From: an uncultured Porphyromonas sp.
Lineage (GTDB): Bacteria; Bacteroidota; Bacteroidia; Bacteroidales; Porphyromonadaceae
Direction of reading: 5' to 3'
NCBI RefSeq assembly: GCF_915070105.1
Contig: NZ_CAJZFJ010000001.1
Location: forward strand, 11,399 to 75,398
Length of the DNA stretch: 64,000 nt
The number at the start of each line of letters is the position of its first letter. Position 1 is the stretch's first letter. The notes below the pieces were generated by a model. The model ran no database searches and was not told the origin of the DNA. It worked only from the letters and a program-made list of their open reading frames with translations. The translations under genes and the position numbers were made by a program. Below are positions 39,334 through 49,900 of the stretch, in pieces.

Positions 39334-40683
39334 TTAAGGGATGACGACAGACTCGCCACCGATGTTGAGCGTGCTACCCTTCTTGATCTCTGGGTGCATG
39401 AAGATGTCCTGAGCCGAGGGGAGGAAGCGAGAGTAGGTGGCGATGAGGCGGTTTGCCTGGCCTGCTACCTTGGGGTCTACGCTAGCTGCACGGCGGAGCT
39501 TGTTGATGACGAGGTAGTAGACACAGCGCTGCTTGATCTTGTCATCAGGGAAGTAGCTTGATGCAGCATTAGCCGTCATCTGTGCTAGTACGATGAGAGC
39601 CTGACCTGAGTTGGGGTTCTCTGCTAGTACCTTATTGGCATAGTTACGAGCCTGCGCCATGTTGTTCTGCTTCATCGATAGCTGGATCAGTACTTCGTAG
39701 CACTTGATACGCTCGCTGGAGGACTTAGCTAGCTCGATAGCCTTGTTGAGGTACTCAGAGGCCTCAGAGAGCTTGTTCCCTTCGATCGCTGCACCTGCTA
39801 GCTGCATAGCGGCTGTAGCAGAGGGCTCGATGTCGAAGAGGTACTTGCTGGCGTGGAGAGACTCGTTGCTGTTACATCCTGCACGGCTGAAGAGCGATAC
39901 GGCGGTCGTCAGATAGGACTTATCCTTCTTGTGCGCTTCGATCTTAGCAGTAGTGTATATCTTCGTCAGCATCTCACAGCCAGCGAGACCACTCTGGGCG
40001 AACTCAGCATCCATACCATTCTTGAAGGTATCGACAGCCTTACGAGCCTCTGGGTTGTTAGCCGTTGCTTCTACTGAAGCCTCGACATATTCAGCTGCAT
40101 CTAGGTAGTCCTTGATGTACTGCTCAGCCTTGGTCTTGTCACGTAGGGCTACTGCACGAGATGAGTAAGCGAAGTAGTAGAGGAGCTCAGCAGGAGTCTG
40201 TCCCTTGTAGCGAGCTACGACGGGCTTGAGCCAGGTATAGACCTCGGTGAAGTCAGCCTTGTCACCCATAACTGTTACATACTCCTTCGTCTTGGTAAGC
40301 ATGATCTGATCTGCGCCCATCTTGGGATCATCGCCGAAGTAGGTAGCACGATCATCGTAGAGCTTCATTAGGGCAGAGACAGCCTTCTTCTTGCTGGCAT
40401 CGTCCTTGGCCTGCTTGAGCTTCCACTGTAGGATCTTAGCCCCGATGATGTATATGTTCTTAGAGGACGCAGGGCACTCGTCATAAGCTCTCTTCCAGTG
40501 TTCGTAGGCATCTTGGTAGTTACCTGTCTTCCCGAGACTGGTGAATAGGCTGATGCTTTGGCGGCAACGGATACTGTCCTGTCCTGAGCCAAAAGGAGTC
40601 CCTGAAGCCTTACCCGTCTGGGCATAAGCAGCCGTGGAGAAGAGTCCAAGGGCTGCTACCAGGATCATTCTGTTCAGTTTCAT
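39334..40683 (-). CDS. Secreted TPR-like repeat protein
   Basis: A signal peptide is present (MKLNRMILVAALGLFSTAAYAQ). There are multiple helical Ala/Tyr-rich repeats (AIELAKSS..., YANKVLAENPNSGQALIVLAQ). Confidence 0.6.
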   Translation of the reverse strand: MKLNRMILVAALGLFSTAAYAQTGKASGTPFGSGQDSIRCRQSISLFTSLGKTGNYQDAYEHWKRAYDECPASSKNIYIIGAKILQWKLKQAKDDASKKKAVSALMKLYDDRATYFGDDPKMGADQIMLTKTKEYVTVMGDKADFTEVYTWLKPVVARYKGQTPAELLYYFAYSSRAVALRDKTKAEQYIKDYLDAAEYVEASVEATANNPEARKAVDTFKNGMDAEFAQSGLAGCEMLTKIYTTAKIEAHKKDKSYLTTAVSLFSRAGCNSNESLHASKYLFDIEPSATAAMQLAGAAIEGNKLSEASEYLNKAIELAKSSSERIKCYEVLIQLSMKQNNMAQARNYANKVLAENPNSGQALIVLAQMTANAASSYFPDDKIKQRCVYYLVINKLRRAASVDPKVAGQANRLIATYSRFLPSAQDIFMHPEIKKGSTLNIGGESVVIP

Positions 40684-40755
40684 TGTGTCTAGTTTTCTAT
40701 TTAGTTACATCGATATAGATCGATACTGTGTTTGATTATTCTTTGCCTAGTGAGT

Positions 40756-42066
40756 TTAATTGATTCGCGCCTTGCGGAACCATCCTTCATTGAAGGTTAT
40801 CCCCACGGTGAGACCGATCATGTGCTCGCTCACCATGCCTGAGACACGAGGCTTCAGGTAACTGTAGTCGAGCGTTAGGCTGACTAGAGAGCGACGATCA
40901 ATGAGTGGCATCCCGATACCGAGTGAAGCGCCGTACTGGTTGTAGCTAGCTAGCTCCCCATTAGGAGCAGGCACCTTCACATAGGAGTTGGAGCCATTGA
41001 GTCCAAAGCGGTAGTAGGAGCGACTGAATACGCTTCGTCCACGATAGTCTGGGATCCAAGAGCCACCTAGGGCGATACGATAGCGGTCAGTGAACTGTGC
41101 ACCGGCACCAGCTTCGCCTGCTCGACTCCACTTCATATAGGAGACGTCAGCTCCTACACTGAAGACATCCTGATAGCGATAGGTGAGCCCTGCGGAGAGA
41201 CTCATGGGGCTCAGATGCTGTGCGCTAGAGGTCAGCGTGTCAGCCTTGATGAGCGTACTACGCTGTGTCTTGGTGTCGTACTGATACTGCATAGAGACAG
41301 CCTCGGAGCGGAGCTTCGTCTCTGGAGCGAAGGTCGCCCCTAGGACGAGACTACGCCCACGCTTGGCATCTAGGGTCAGCTCATACTGTGCACCGATGTC
41401 GAACTTGAAGCCCTTTAGGTGTAGCTGGGACTGGTCGATCGGGTTGATCGCATTTTTCCCTGAGCTGTAGACCACCTGATGCTGCTGGGTCGTGTAGCCG
41501 AAGAGGTACGAGGCATTCACCCCAAGGGAGAACTGCCCGATACGTCCACCGATCCCGAGGTAGAGGTCATTGAAGCTACCACTACCTGAGTAGGCTCGCT
41601 GATAGAGACTCTGGTTCTCATCACCCTGGAGCTTCTCTGTGCTACCGAAGCGATAGCCAACGGTAGAGTAGGGGGTGATCCCTGCGCTGATGGCGAGGTG
41701 CTTGCTCACGGGGAAGAGGATCGTGAGGTAGTCGATATTCCCTAGGATACGGCTATCCTTCTTGCTCCCCTCTGCTAGGTAGGAGCCTCGCAGAGATACG
41801 GCTAGATCCATGATGAAGGTCAGGGAGTCTACAGCCGTGTAGGATGCGGGGTTGGCAGGGTTGGTGATGTTGGGGTCTCGTAGCCCAGCACCTAGTCCTC
41901 CCATAGCACGGGCACCAGCGGTCTGGCGTTCGCCTAGTCGCCCATAGCCGTAGCGGCTGTAGGGGGAGCGTTCGCTATTGCCCTGTCCGTATAGAGAGGA
42001 TGCACTGAGTGCTCCGATGAGCCCAGCCCAGACGAGCTGGTGGATGATCTTCTTCCTTGTTATCAT
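40756..42066 (-). CDS. Putative outer-membrane beta-barrel protein
   Basis: A signal peptide is present. The composition is Gly/Tyr/Ser-rich with alternating hydrophobic residues throughout. The N-terminus contains SPYSRYGYG. Confidence 0.5.
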   Translation of the reverse strand: MITRKKIIHQLVWAGLIGALSASSLYGQGNSERSPYSRYGYGRLGERQTAGARAMGGLGAGLRDPNITNPANPASYTAVDSLTFIMDLAVSLRGSYLAEGSKKDSRILGNIDYLTILFPVSKHLAISAGITPYSTVGYRFGSTEKLQGDENQSLYQRAYSGSGSFNDLYLGIGGRIGQFSLGVNASYLFGYTTQQHQVVYSSGKNAINPIDQSQLHLKGFKFDIGAQYELTLDAKRGRSLVLGATFAPETKLRSEAVSMQYQYDTKTQRSTLIKADTLTSSAQHLSPMSLSAGLTYRYQDVFSVGADVSYMKWSRAGEAGAGAQFTDRYRIALGGSWIPDYRGRSVFSRSYYRFGLNGSNSYVKVPAPNGELASYNQYGASLGIGMPLIDRRSLVSLTLDYSYLKPRVSGMVSEHMIGLTVGITFNEGWFRKARIN

Positions 42067-42797
42067 TTGTCTCTATTGTACTCCAATATCTTGTTTAGCC
42101 CATAGAGGACTAGGTCGGGCTCCACACAGACCTCTTCGCTGAGGAGCTCTTGTATCATTTGGGCATCGCCTCCCGTCAGGAAGACTACTGCCTCGGGGTT
42201 GGTCTGACGAAGAGCTTTGATGTAGCCCTCTACTTCGTAGATGAGCCCCTGTAGGACACCTCTACTGATGGCCTCCTGCGTCGTGACTCCGAAGCCTAGG
42301 GTCGTATCCTCTAGGTCGGAGAGCAGGGGGAGGCGAGAGGTGAAGTGGTTCAGCGCCTTGAGCCTCGTGTAGAGGCCTGGGGAGATATTCCCCCCGAGGT
42401 ACACTCCCAGCTGGGTAATGCGCTCAAAGGTGATCGCAGTCCCCGAATCTATGACCAGTAAGTCACTTCCCTTTGGTGCTAGGGAATATGCTCCGACGAC
42501 AGCTGCTAGGCGGTCACTACCCAGTCGCTTGCGGTCGTAGGCCACCTCCAGAGGGATGGCAGTCTTCTCGTCCACCTTGACCATTGTGTGCAGACGCTCC
42601 GAGAGGAGTCCTAGTAGAGGCTTGTCCACTCTCGCTACGGAGCTGTAGATCGCTGCTTCTAGGCCTGGGTGAGCAGAGAGCACTTGTCCGGCTTCGCGTA
42701 GGGATAGGTGTGGGTAGGTATAGTGCTGTATGAGCCTTCCTTCGGCTGCTACAGCTACCTTGCACACGGTATTCCCTTGGTCAATGATTAAGTTCAC
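42063..42797 (-). CDS. coaX: Type III pantothenate kinase
   Basis: MNLIIDQGNTVCKVAV contains the DxGNT motif. The length is 244 aa. Confidence 0.9.
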   Translation of the reverse strand: MNLIIDQGNTVCKVAVAAEGRLIQHYTYPHLSLREAGQVLSAHPGLEAAIYSSVARVDKPLLGLLSERLHTMVKVDEKTAIPLEVAYDRKRLGSDRLAAVVGAYSLAPKGSDLLVIDSGTAITFERITQLGVYLGGNISPGLYTRLKALNHFTSRLPLLSDLEDTTLGFGVTTQEAISRGVLQGLIYEVEGYIKALRQTNPEAVVFLTGGDAQMIQELLSEEVCVEPDLVLYGLNKILEYNRDK

Positions 42798-42917
42798 TTA
42801 GAATGGTAGAGTCAATTAGACCACAAAGAAACGCTTTTTCCTTGGAATAACCCCCTTCTCTGAGCTCTGGCACTATAATTCATTGTCCCATCTCTCCCTG
42901 CATATACCTCACTATGC

Positions 42918-43367
42918 CTAGTCGAGGAGAGACTCTCCCTCCCCGAGCTCTGCTCTCAGGAGGGATAGGGCTGACTCCTCAGCCTGGCGCATGCGTTCCT
43001 CGTCCTCATCCGTCTTATCGTTGAGTCCGCAGAGGTGCAGTACACCGTGGATGATCACTCTATGTAGCTCCTCGGCGTAGTCCGTCCCGATCTGCTCGGC
43101 ATTGCTCCTGACCGTATCTAGGCTGATGAGCATATCGCCTGCTATCCTATCCCCCTCACTCTCATCGAAGGTGATGATGTCTGTGTAGTAGTCGTGGTCT
43201 AGGAAGTCTTGATTCGTCTGGAGGATACGCTCATCCCCGCAGAACTGGTAGCAGAGCTCGCCTACCTTGCGGTCATAGCTACGTGCTACCTCTTCGATCC
43301 AGCTACGGACGAGCTTCTTGCGGAGTCTCGGCTCCTCGACGTCTTCATCCGAATAAAAGGCTATCAT
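42918..43367 (-). CDS. ybeY: rRNA maturation endoribonuclease YbeY
   Basis: IIHGVLHLCGLNDKTDED is present. The third canonical His position appears to be Asp. Confidence 0.8.
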   Translation of the reverse strand: MIAFYSDEDVEEPRLRKKLVRSWIEEVARSYDRKVGELCYQFCGDERILQTNQDFLDHDYYTDIITFDESEGDRIAGDMLISLDTVRSNAEQIGTDYAEELHRVIIHGVLHLCGLNDKTDEDEERMRQAEESALSLLRAELGEGESLLD

Positions 43368-43388
43368 GATGATATCTATCTCTATGGC

Positions 43389-44024
43389 TTAATATTCCTT
43401 CTTCAATAATGGCTCTTCGTCCGCTAGGCGACCATGTCCCATACGGAGCACCTCGAAGGGCTCCTCTGTACAATCAACGACCGTAGAGGGGGCGAGTGGT
43501 ATATCTCCAGCGTCAAAGACTCCTGCTACCTGTGCCCCGAAACGTTCGTCGATGAGCTCGGGGTTGGTCGCATACTCTGGCTCCTCACTATCCTCTATGG
43601 GGAGTGAGGCTGTGATCAGAGGGTTGCCTAGGTGCTCACTGAGTAGCTGCCCGATCGGGTGTTGGGCTAGGCGTACACCCACCTCCCGACGATGCTTGAA
43701 GATCTTGGGGAGAGCTCCCGAGGCTGGGAGGATGAAGGTGTAGTTCACCTCATGATCCTTGATGAACTTGAAGGCACGATCATTCATCTTGCAGTACTCG
43801 GAGACCTGACTCAGCGAGTTGCAGGCGATGGAGAGGGCCTTCTTCTTCACATCTATCCCCTTGAGCCTACAGATCTCTTCGATGGCTCTTGCATTCAGGG
43901 CATCGCAGCAGTAGGCATAGCCCGAGGCTGTGGGATAGATGAAGATCTCCCCATCACGTAGCCGATCGATGAGCTGGCTAAGTAGCCTATAGTCGGGGTT
44001 GTCGGCGTAGAGCTTGATGAGCAT
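43389..44024 (-). CDS. tsaC: L-threonylcarbamoyladenylate synthase (YrdC/TsaC-family domain)
   Basis: IFIYPTASGYAYCCDALNARAIEEICRLKG is present. The length is 211 aa. Confidence 0.7.
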   Translation of the reverse strand: MLIKLYADNPDYRLLSQLIDRLRDGEIFIYPTASGYAYCCDALNARAIEEICRLKGIDVKKKALSIACNSLSQVSEYCKMNDRAFKFIKDHEVNYTFILPASGALPKIFKHRREVGVRLAQHPIGQLLSEHLGNPLITASLPIEDSEEPEYATNPELIDERFGAQVAGVFDAGDIPLAPSTVVDCTEEPFEVLRMGHGRLADEEPLLKKEY

Positions 44025-44059
44025 GGTCTAAATAGGTCTTAGGGCAAGGGGGATTACTT

Positions 44060-44797
44060 CTACTTCTTCGCTTGGCGTACGACCTCGTAGATGAGGATAC
44101 CACCAGCGACGGAGACATTCAGCGAACCGATAGCTCCTACCTGGGGGATACGTACTATGTGGTCTACCATACGCAGTACGTCTGTCGATACCCCATGATC
44201 CTCGGCTCCGAGCACGAGACCCAGAGGAAGGCGTAGATCCGTCTCCGTGTAGAGGTCACTCGCCTTCTCTGAGGCTGCGACCACCTGGAGTCCGCTCTGC
44301 TGCAGTAGAGCTACTGCGGAGGCAATAGAGCTGACACGACATACGGGCAGGCGGTGCAGAGCACCAGCCGAGGTCTTGATGGCATCGGCTGTCACACTCA
44401 CGCTCCCACGCTCGGGGATGATGATGGCATCGACGCCTGCGCACTCTGCAGTACGTGCTATCGCCCCGAAGTTCCTCACATCGGTCAAGCCGTCCAGCAG
44501 CACAACGAACGGGGATCGTCCCTGCTCGTAGATCATAGGGATGAGCTGCTCTAGTGACGTGTACTCGATCTCGCTGACGAAGGCGATGACCCCCTGATGC
44601 TGTCCACGAGTCAGACGTGATAGACGCTCCTCGGGTACCATCTGTAGGGGGATGATACGCTCACGTGCCAGAGCCATGATACGATTTACTTCGTCGCTTC
44701 TTAGCCCTCGCTTTAGTAGTATTTTGTCGATTTCACGCCCTGCTTCTAGTGCTTCGAGCAGGGGGTGCATACCGAAGATCAAGTTATTTCTTCCCAT
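44060..44797 (-). CDS. rlmB: 23S rRNA 2'-O-ribose methyltransferase, SpoU/TrmH family (RlmB-like)
   Basis: LVLGAEDHGVS and the SPOUT knot motif IPQVGAIGSLNVSVAGGILIYE are present. Confidence 0.8.
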   Translation of the reverse strand: MGRNNLIFGMHPLLEALEAGREIDKILLKRGLRSDEVNRIMALARERIIPLQMVPEERLSRLTRGQHQGVIAFVSEIEYTSLEQLIPMIYEQGRSPFVVLLDGLTDVRNFGAIARTAECAGVDAIIIPERGSVSVTADAIKTSAGALHRLPVCRVSSIASAVALLQQSGLQVVAASEKASDLYTETDLRLPLGLVLGAEDHGVSTDVLRMVDHIVRIPQVGAIGSLNVSVAGGILIYEVVRQAKK

Positions 44798-44941
44798 TAA
44801 GTACAGTCCTAGAGTTTCTAATCTCTATAAGACAAAGGTAACAAAAGATTAGCTCTCCCGCATTTCCCTCCCCCCGAAGAGGGTAGTTCCGATGCTTGTT
44901 CTCATTGGGGATGCTCTGCCCTTTGGCTCTATGGGTGGCTA

Positions 44942-45173
44942 GTCCATGTCCGAGGAAGCCATAGGTCCATATATGGAATGTCTAGGCGTTATCCCCGAGG
45001 AATGAACATACGGGAGAGCTCTACAGAGGACATACTTAGAGCGATGTTGTGTACACGTGTGTATACAGTTGTGTACACGCAGGTACACTATTGTGTACAC
45101 ACGTGTATACTTACCCCTCCTAGGTAGTAGGTATATGCTTGGTGTGTATACTCCTAGGATACAGATATTTCTG
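44942..45173 (-). repeat. Family-A repeat element copy 3 (array 45048..45109)
   Basis: The array is GTGTACACgtGTGTATACagttGTGTACACgcAGGTACACtattGTGTACACacGTGTATAC, with conserved flanks. Confidence 0.7.
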
Positions 45174-45349
45174 TCTTGAGTATATGCTGCTTGACCACAT
45201 TGCACTCCCCCCTCTCCAGACTTCATGAGTCAGCTCTATCCCGAGGAGCCGAACATCCACCTGCTTTAGGTGGCTAGAGAGCGTAAGGCGTGAATTATTC
45301 CACTCTAATTCGCCCTATATCGAACACTCCGAGAGAGGGAGGCTAGAGG

Positions 45350-45424
45350 ACATACCGAGAGGGGGATATGGATATATAACGTTCGCCCCCATCGCCTCTG
45401 TAAGGTGACGGGGGCGAACATACT
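45350..45424. repeat. Family-B palindrome copy
   Basis: The sequence is ACATACCGAG...AACGTTCGCCCCCATCGCCTCTGTAAGGTGACGGGGGCGAACATACT. Confidence 0.65.
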
Positions 45425-45597
45425 GTGTCCTCAGATGAGGTGAGTATAGGCTCTATGAGGGGCACTTGAGATGAGCTCTACATCGCTAGTGTGATCGGGG
45501 CTTTGGGGGAGGATAATACCTTCGTAGCTATGCCCCGCTTGCCATCCCTCCTCTTGTTTATAGTATATGGGAGGATAGGTCAGGAGTAACCTAGAGG

Positions 45598-47478
45598 CTA
45601 GAGCCCGAGGCGGTAAAGGTGTAGGCCTCGTATCTGGGTGCTCCCTCCTTCGCTGAAGAGCTCCAGAGAGGTGTAGGGGGTACGGGGGAAGATGAGGTTG
45701 GACATAGCGATCCGCCCTCCCTCAACAAAGAGCTCCGCTAGGCTACGATCAATGAATAGACGTAGACGGTAGGTCTTGCGTGCACAGAGCCCGAGTGGAG
45801 CCCAAGTGGAGAGGGCGAAGTCGTTCTGGTAGTTCAGTCCATCCCCCTTGCGCCAGTCTGCGCTCTCCCGCTCGTGCGGGGTAGCTTGCTCTCCGAAGGC
45901 GATCAGCCCACTCTGTGTCCGATCCATCACGACACGTCCCTTGGACAGGTCAAGGAAGATAGGCAGGCGATCCCCCTGCTTATTCGTCAGGACAACCCCT
46001 GCCTGAGTAACCCCTGCCTCAGGGGTTAGCTCAAGCTCGAGCTCAAAGGCGTCACTGTACGGAGCAAGCAGATCCTCATGGCGCACTCGCTCGGAGAGAC
46101 GAGCCTCGGGGAGGGTGATGCTATCCTTACGGAGCTTGGTCACCTCTGAGGCAGGACGTGCCCCGACATAGGAGCGTCCTCCAGCCTCGAAGAGGAAGAG
46201 TTCACGGGGTAGGCCGTTGACACCTCGGCTCTGCTTATAGGGGGTGACATTGGCATACTGCCAGTTGCTTGCCCAGGGGATGCCGAGTACACGACCTGGC
46301 GTGCCGTGGAAGGTGACAAAGGCATAATGATCCTTGCCGAAGTCCAACCAGCGAGCGACCTCGGGTGCGGTGTCGGGTGTAAAGGTCTTCCCATCAAAGT
46401 TCCCGACGAAGTACTCCGTAGCACTTCCTCCGAAGGCTCCCCCGGGGTTGATATTGACCAGCATGACCCACTTACGTATCCCCGTGCCCTCCATAGGGAG
46501 CTCGAAGAAGTCTGGGCACTCAAACTGACAGGGACGTGCTCCATATCCATCACCGAAGGCACTGACATAGTCCCACTGCCGTAGGTCAGTCGAGCGATAG
46601 AAGCGCATCTCCTTGTCCGCAGAGACGATCATATACCAGCTCTTGTTCGGAGCATACCAGAAGACCTTGGGATCACGGAAGTCGCTGATACCATCGTGGG
46701 GGCTGAGGATGGGATTACCCGTGTACTTGGTGAAGCTCATCCCCTGATCCATGCTGTAGGCTAGGCACTGAGCCTGCCACTGCTTGCCCTGACGCATCTT
46801 ATGCGCCGTGTAGAAGGCAAGCAGAGCACCTTTCCCAAAGCCTGCCTGTCCCTCTCGGTCTATGATCGCACTGCCCGAGAAGATATGCCCTAGCGTATCA
46901 CGTGCTAGGGCAGGCTCATGTGTCTGCCAGTGTAGGAGATCCTCTGAGGACGTATGCCCCCAGTACATATTGCCCCACTTAGCTCCGTAGGGATTGTACT
47001 GGTAGTAGAGATGATAGCGACCATCCAGATAGACGAGTCCATTGGGATCATTCATCCATCCATAGGGTGGGGTATAGTGTAGGGTAGGGCGGTAGTAGTC
47101 TGCAGGTGCAGGAGTGAAGGTGTCACTTAGGCGGATCGAGTCCCAGGCAATAGCCTTGGCCCCTAGTCCGATGATCTCGACTTCACTCTCCCGATCCATA
47201 GGCAGAGCGAGGGGGACAAAGTAATCGATACTATCTACCGCTAGGCGTATATCAAGCTCCGTATCCTCAGGACGATCACCGATGAGGCGAACGAGGACCT
47301 CGGGCTGGCTCTCCTGTATGGGGAGTAGGAGGTATCGCTGTGGGGTACGTATCTGTACGAGGGCTGTCGTGTCACTCGTGCGCTGGATATGCATAGGCTG
47401 GGTGGTGTGGCTACAGCTCGCCATCAGCAGTAGGAGGGTGGTGAGGGCGAGGGTGAGTGAGAGTTGCTTGTAGGACAT
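45598..47478 (-). CDS. Glycoside hydrolase family 32 (beta-fructofuranosidase/levanase-like) lipoprotein
   Basis: The lipobox is LLLMASC. The GH32 catalytic motifs are present: GWMNDPNGL, FRDPKVFWY and FECPDFF. Confidence 0.85.
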   Translation of the reverse strand: MSYKQLSLTLALTTLLLLMASCSHTTQPMHIQRTSDTTALVQIRTPQRYLLLPIQESQPEVLVRLIGDRPEDTELDIRLAVDSIDYFVPLALPMDRESEVEIIGLGAKAIAWDSIRLSDTFTPAPADYYRPTLHYTPPYGWMNDPNGLVYLDGRYHLYYQYNPYGAKWGNMYWGHTSSEDLLHWQTHEPALARDTLGHIFSGSAIIDREGQAGFGKGALLAFYTAHKMRQGKQWQAQCLAYSMDQGMSFTKYTGNPILSPHDGISDFRDPKVFWYAPNKSWYMIVSADKEMRFYRSTDLRQWDYVSAFGDGYGARPCQFECPDFFELPMEGTGIRKWVMLVNINPGGAFGGSATEYFVGNFDGKTFTPDTAPEVARWLDFGKDHYAFVTFHGTPGRVLGIPWASNWQYANVTPYKQSRGVNGLPRELFLFEAGGRSYVGARPASEVTKLRKDSITLPEARLSERVRHEDLLAPYSDAFELELELTPEAGVTQAGVVLTNKQGDRLPIFLDLSKGRVVMDRTQSGLIAFGEQATPHERESADWRKGDGLNYQNDFALSTWAPLGLCARKTYRLRLFIDRSLAELFVEGGRIAMSNLIFPRTPYTSLELFSEGGSTQIRGLHLYRLGL

Positions 47479-47502
47479 AGTAGAGAGAGGGGCTATGAGA
47501 CC

Positions 47503-48465
47503 TTATACAACACGGCTAATATCTGTGCGCCCCTCTAGGAAGCGTAGTACGTTCTCCGTCATCTCCGCTGTCATCATCAGACGGCTGTCACGTGTCTGCG
47601 TCCCGACATGTGGAGTCATCACTACGTTGTCTAGCTCTGAGAGTGCAGGCAGGGGGAGGTCGTTATGCTCGAAGACATCCAGCCCAGCGGCTGCTATCTG
47701 CCCACTGCGAAGAGCCTCGACGAGGGCGGCTTCGTCTACGACTGCTCCACGAGCGGTGTTGATGAGGATAGCATGCTGAGGCATGAGTGCCAGCTCACGT
47801 GCCCCGATCAGGTGGTGTGTCGCAGGGCTATAGGGGGTATGTAGGGAGATCACATCACTCTCACGGAGTATATCCTCCAGTGGACGGTAGGTGAGTTCTT
47901 TGGCTTGCTCGACCTCGGGAGCTAGGCGGTGTCGCTTGTAGTAGAGGACTTGCATACCGAAGGCACGACAACGCTCTGCTACGGCCTCCCCGATATTACC
48001 ATAGCCCACGATCCCGATCCGCTTGCCCTGTAGGAGCCAGCCTAGGCGGTCGATACGTGAGAGACTAACCTTCACCCCAGGCTCACGACGTACGAGTCGG
48101 TCTAGCTCGCAGACACGGCGAGTGCAGTTCAGTAGGAGTGCTAGTGCTAGCTCAGCTGTAGGGACGATGACAGAGTAGGGGGTATTGGTGACGGTGATGC
48201 CGTGTGTACGGGCATACTCGATGTCGATGTTGTTGTAGCCGACAGCGTAGTTGGCGATGAGTCGTAGACGCTTGCCTAGGGCGATGAGCTCTGCTGGGAT
48301 AGGGATGTCAAAGACACTACATAGCACATCTGCCTCGGGGATGAGCTCTCGTAACTCCTCGGGTGTGAAGTCCCGACCATGAGGGGGACGGATCAGCGTA
48401 TGAGCTTGGGATAGTCGTTCGAAGCCTTCCTCTAGGGTGTCGAAGGCAATAAGTATGGTAGCCAT
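47503..48465 (-). CDS. D-isomer-specific 2-hydroxyacid dehydrogenase (glyoxylate/hydroxypyruvate reductase-like)
   Basis: GKRIGIVGYGNIGEAVA and TARGAVVDEAAL...MTPHVG are present. The start was taken at the internal MATILIAF. Confidence 0.8.
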   Translation of the reverse strand: MATILIAFDTLEEGFERLSQAHTLIRPPHGRDFTPEELRELIPEADVLCSVFDIPIPAELIALGKRLRLIANYAVGYNNIDIEYARTHGITVTNTPYSVIVPTAELALALLLNCTRRVCELDRLVRREPGVKVSLSRIDRLGWLLQGKRIGIVGYGNIGEAVAERCRAFGMQVLYYKRHRLAPEVEQAKELTYRPLEDILRESDVISLHTPYSPATHHLIGARELALMPQHAILINTARGAVVDEAALVEALRSGQIAAAGLDVFEHNDLPLPALSELDNVVMTPHVGTQTRDSRLMMTAEMTENVLRFLEGRTDISRVV

Positions 48466-48610
48466 AGGAGTGTAGGGGTTATAAGTATGAACTATAGGGG
48501 CGAAGTTACAATAAATATAGAGCTCATCCCCCACGTATGGCGGGATGAGCTCTAGTAGGAATGGGGATACCCCTATGGGCGGTAGGACGTCTCCCCCTCG
48601 ATCGATGAGG

Positions 48611-49900
48611 CTACAGCGGAGGTAGAGTCAGCATACTATGCTCATCCCTCGTACTCGTGACCAGCGGATCTATTACGTAGGTGGGTGGGGTGCTACCTCC
48701 CCAGTAGGCTCTGCGCCCCTCTGGATAGAGTAGATAGAGACGCCGGATGCGGAGGAAGGCCTTGATGCCCTCTTGCCATGAGGCACGTATGGCCTCTTCG
48801 CTCTGTCCCGCTAGAATCTGCTCTCGTAGCCTCTTCGTCCCAGCTAGTAGGTCGAAGGTACGAGGACGATCAATGAGCTTGAGTCCAAGACGCATCGCTC
48901 GCTGGTGGAGTTCGATGAGCGGGGCTAGGCTAAGGCGTCCGCTAGGGAGCGAAGTCTCGGAGAAGTCCATGCCGTAGCATGCCTTCCCACGATGCTTGGG
49001 GTTGGAGTCTTCCCCTGGCTTGACTTGTGGCGTGAAGACATAGCTCCCAAGTTGCTTATTAGGATGGCCAATCGCCTGGAAGGGCTTATCTGTGCCTCGG
49101 CCTACACTTAGGATAGTGGCCTCGAAGAAGCAGAGCGAGGGGTAGAGGGCTATGGAACGATCGTTCGGGAGATTGGGACTAGGACGCACGGGGAGACTAT
49201 AGGCATCACCATGCTGCCAGCCTAGTAGAGGGATGACCTTTAGCTGGCAGGCTTTTCCCGAGCGAAGCCACCGCTGTCCATTGATCATGAGTGCTAGTTC
49301 GCCGACAGTCATCCCATGGGCTACGGGTAGGGGATCGACTCCGATGAAGGAGCGACAGTCCGACTCTCGTATAGGCCCATCTACGAAGTCACAGGGGTTG
49401 GGACGGTCGCAGACGACGAAGGTCTTACCTGCCTCTTGGGCGGCCTCCATGAGGTAGTGCATGGAGGAGATATAGGTATAGAAGCGTACCCCCACATCCT
49501 GCAGATCAAAGATGAGGATATCTACATCGGAGAGCATCTCGGGTGTAGGGCGCTTGGTCTGTCCGTAGAGGCTGATCACGGGGAGCCCCGTACGTGGATC
49601 TGTACCACTAGATACATGCTTGCCTGCATCGACCTTGCCCCTTAGGCCATGCTCTGGGACGAAGATCTTCGAGATCTGGACACCACGGCTTAGGAGTGTA
49701 TCGACTAGGTGAGTCTTTGCCTCACCGACGAGGGAGGATTGATTGACCATGAGCGCTACACGCTTCCCCTCCAGTAGGGGTAGGAGGAGCTCCATACGCT
49801 CTGCTCCCATGACGGGGCGAGTAGTACCCTCTGCCCATCCCTTCGTTATAAAGGAGAGGCAGAGAAGTAGGGTATAGCTTAGGCGGAGGAGGTGCTTCAT
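48611..49900 (-). CDS. DUF1343/NamZ-like exo-beta-N-acetylmuramidase family protein
   Basis: A signal peptide is present. The resemblance to the YbbC/NamZ family is overall (429 aa), judged from memory. Confidence 0.7.
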   Translation of the reverse strand: MKHLLRLSYTLLLCLSFITKGWAEGTTRPVMGAERMELLLPLLEGKRVALMVNQSSLVGEAKTHLVDTLLSRGVQISKIFVPEHGLRGKVDAGKHVSSGTDPRTGLPVISLYGQTKRPTPEMLSDVDILIFDLQDVGVRFYTYISSMHYLMEAAQEAGKTFVVCDRPNPCDFVDGPIRESDCRSFIGVDPLPVAHGMTVGELALMINGQRWLRSGKACQLKVIPLLGWQHGDAYSLPVRPSPNLPNDRSIALYPSLCFFEATILSVGRGTDKPFQAIGHPNKQLGSYVFTPQVKPGEDSNPKHRGKACYGMDFSETSLPSGRLSLAPLIELHQRAMRLGLKLIDRPRTFDLLAGTKRLREQILAGQSEEAIRASWQEGIKAFLRIRRLYLLYPEGRRAYWGGSTPPTYVIDPLVTSTRDEHSMLTLPPL

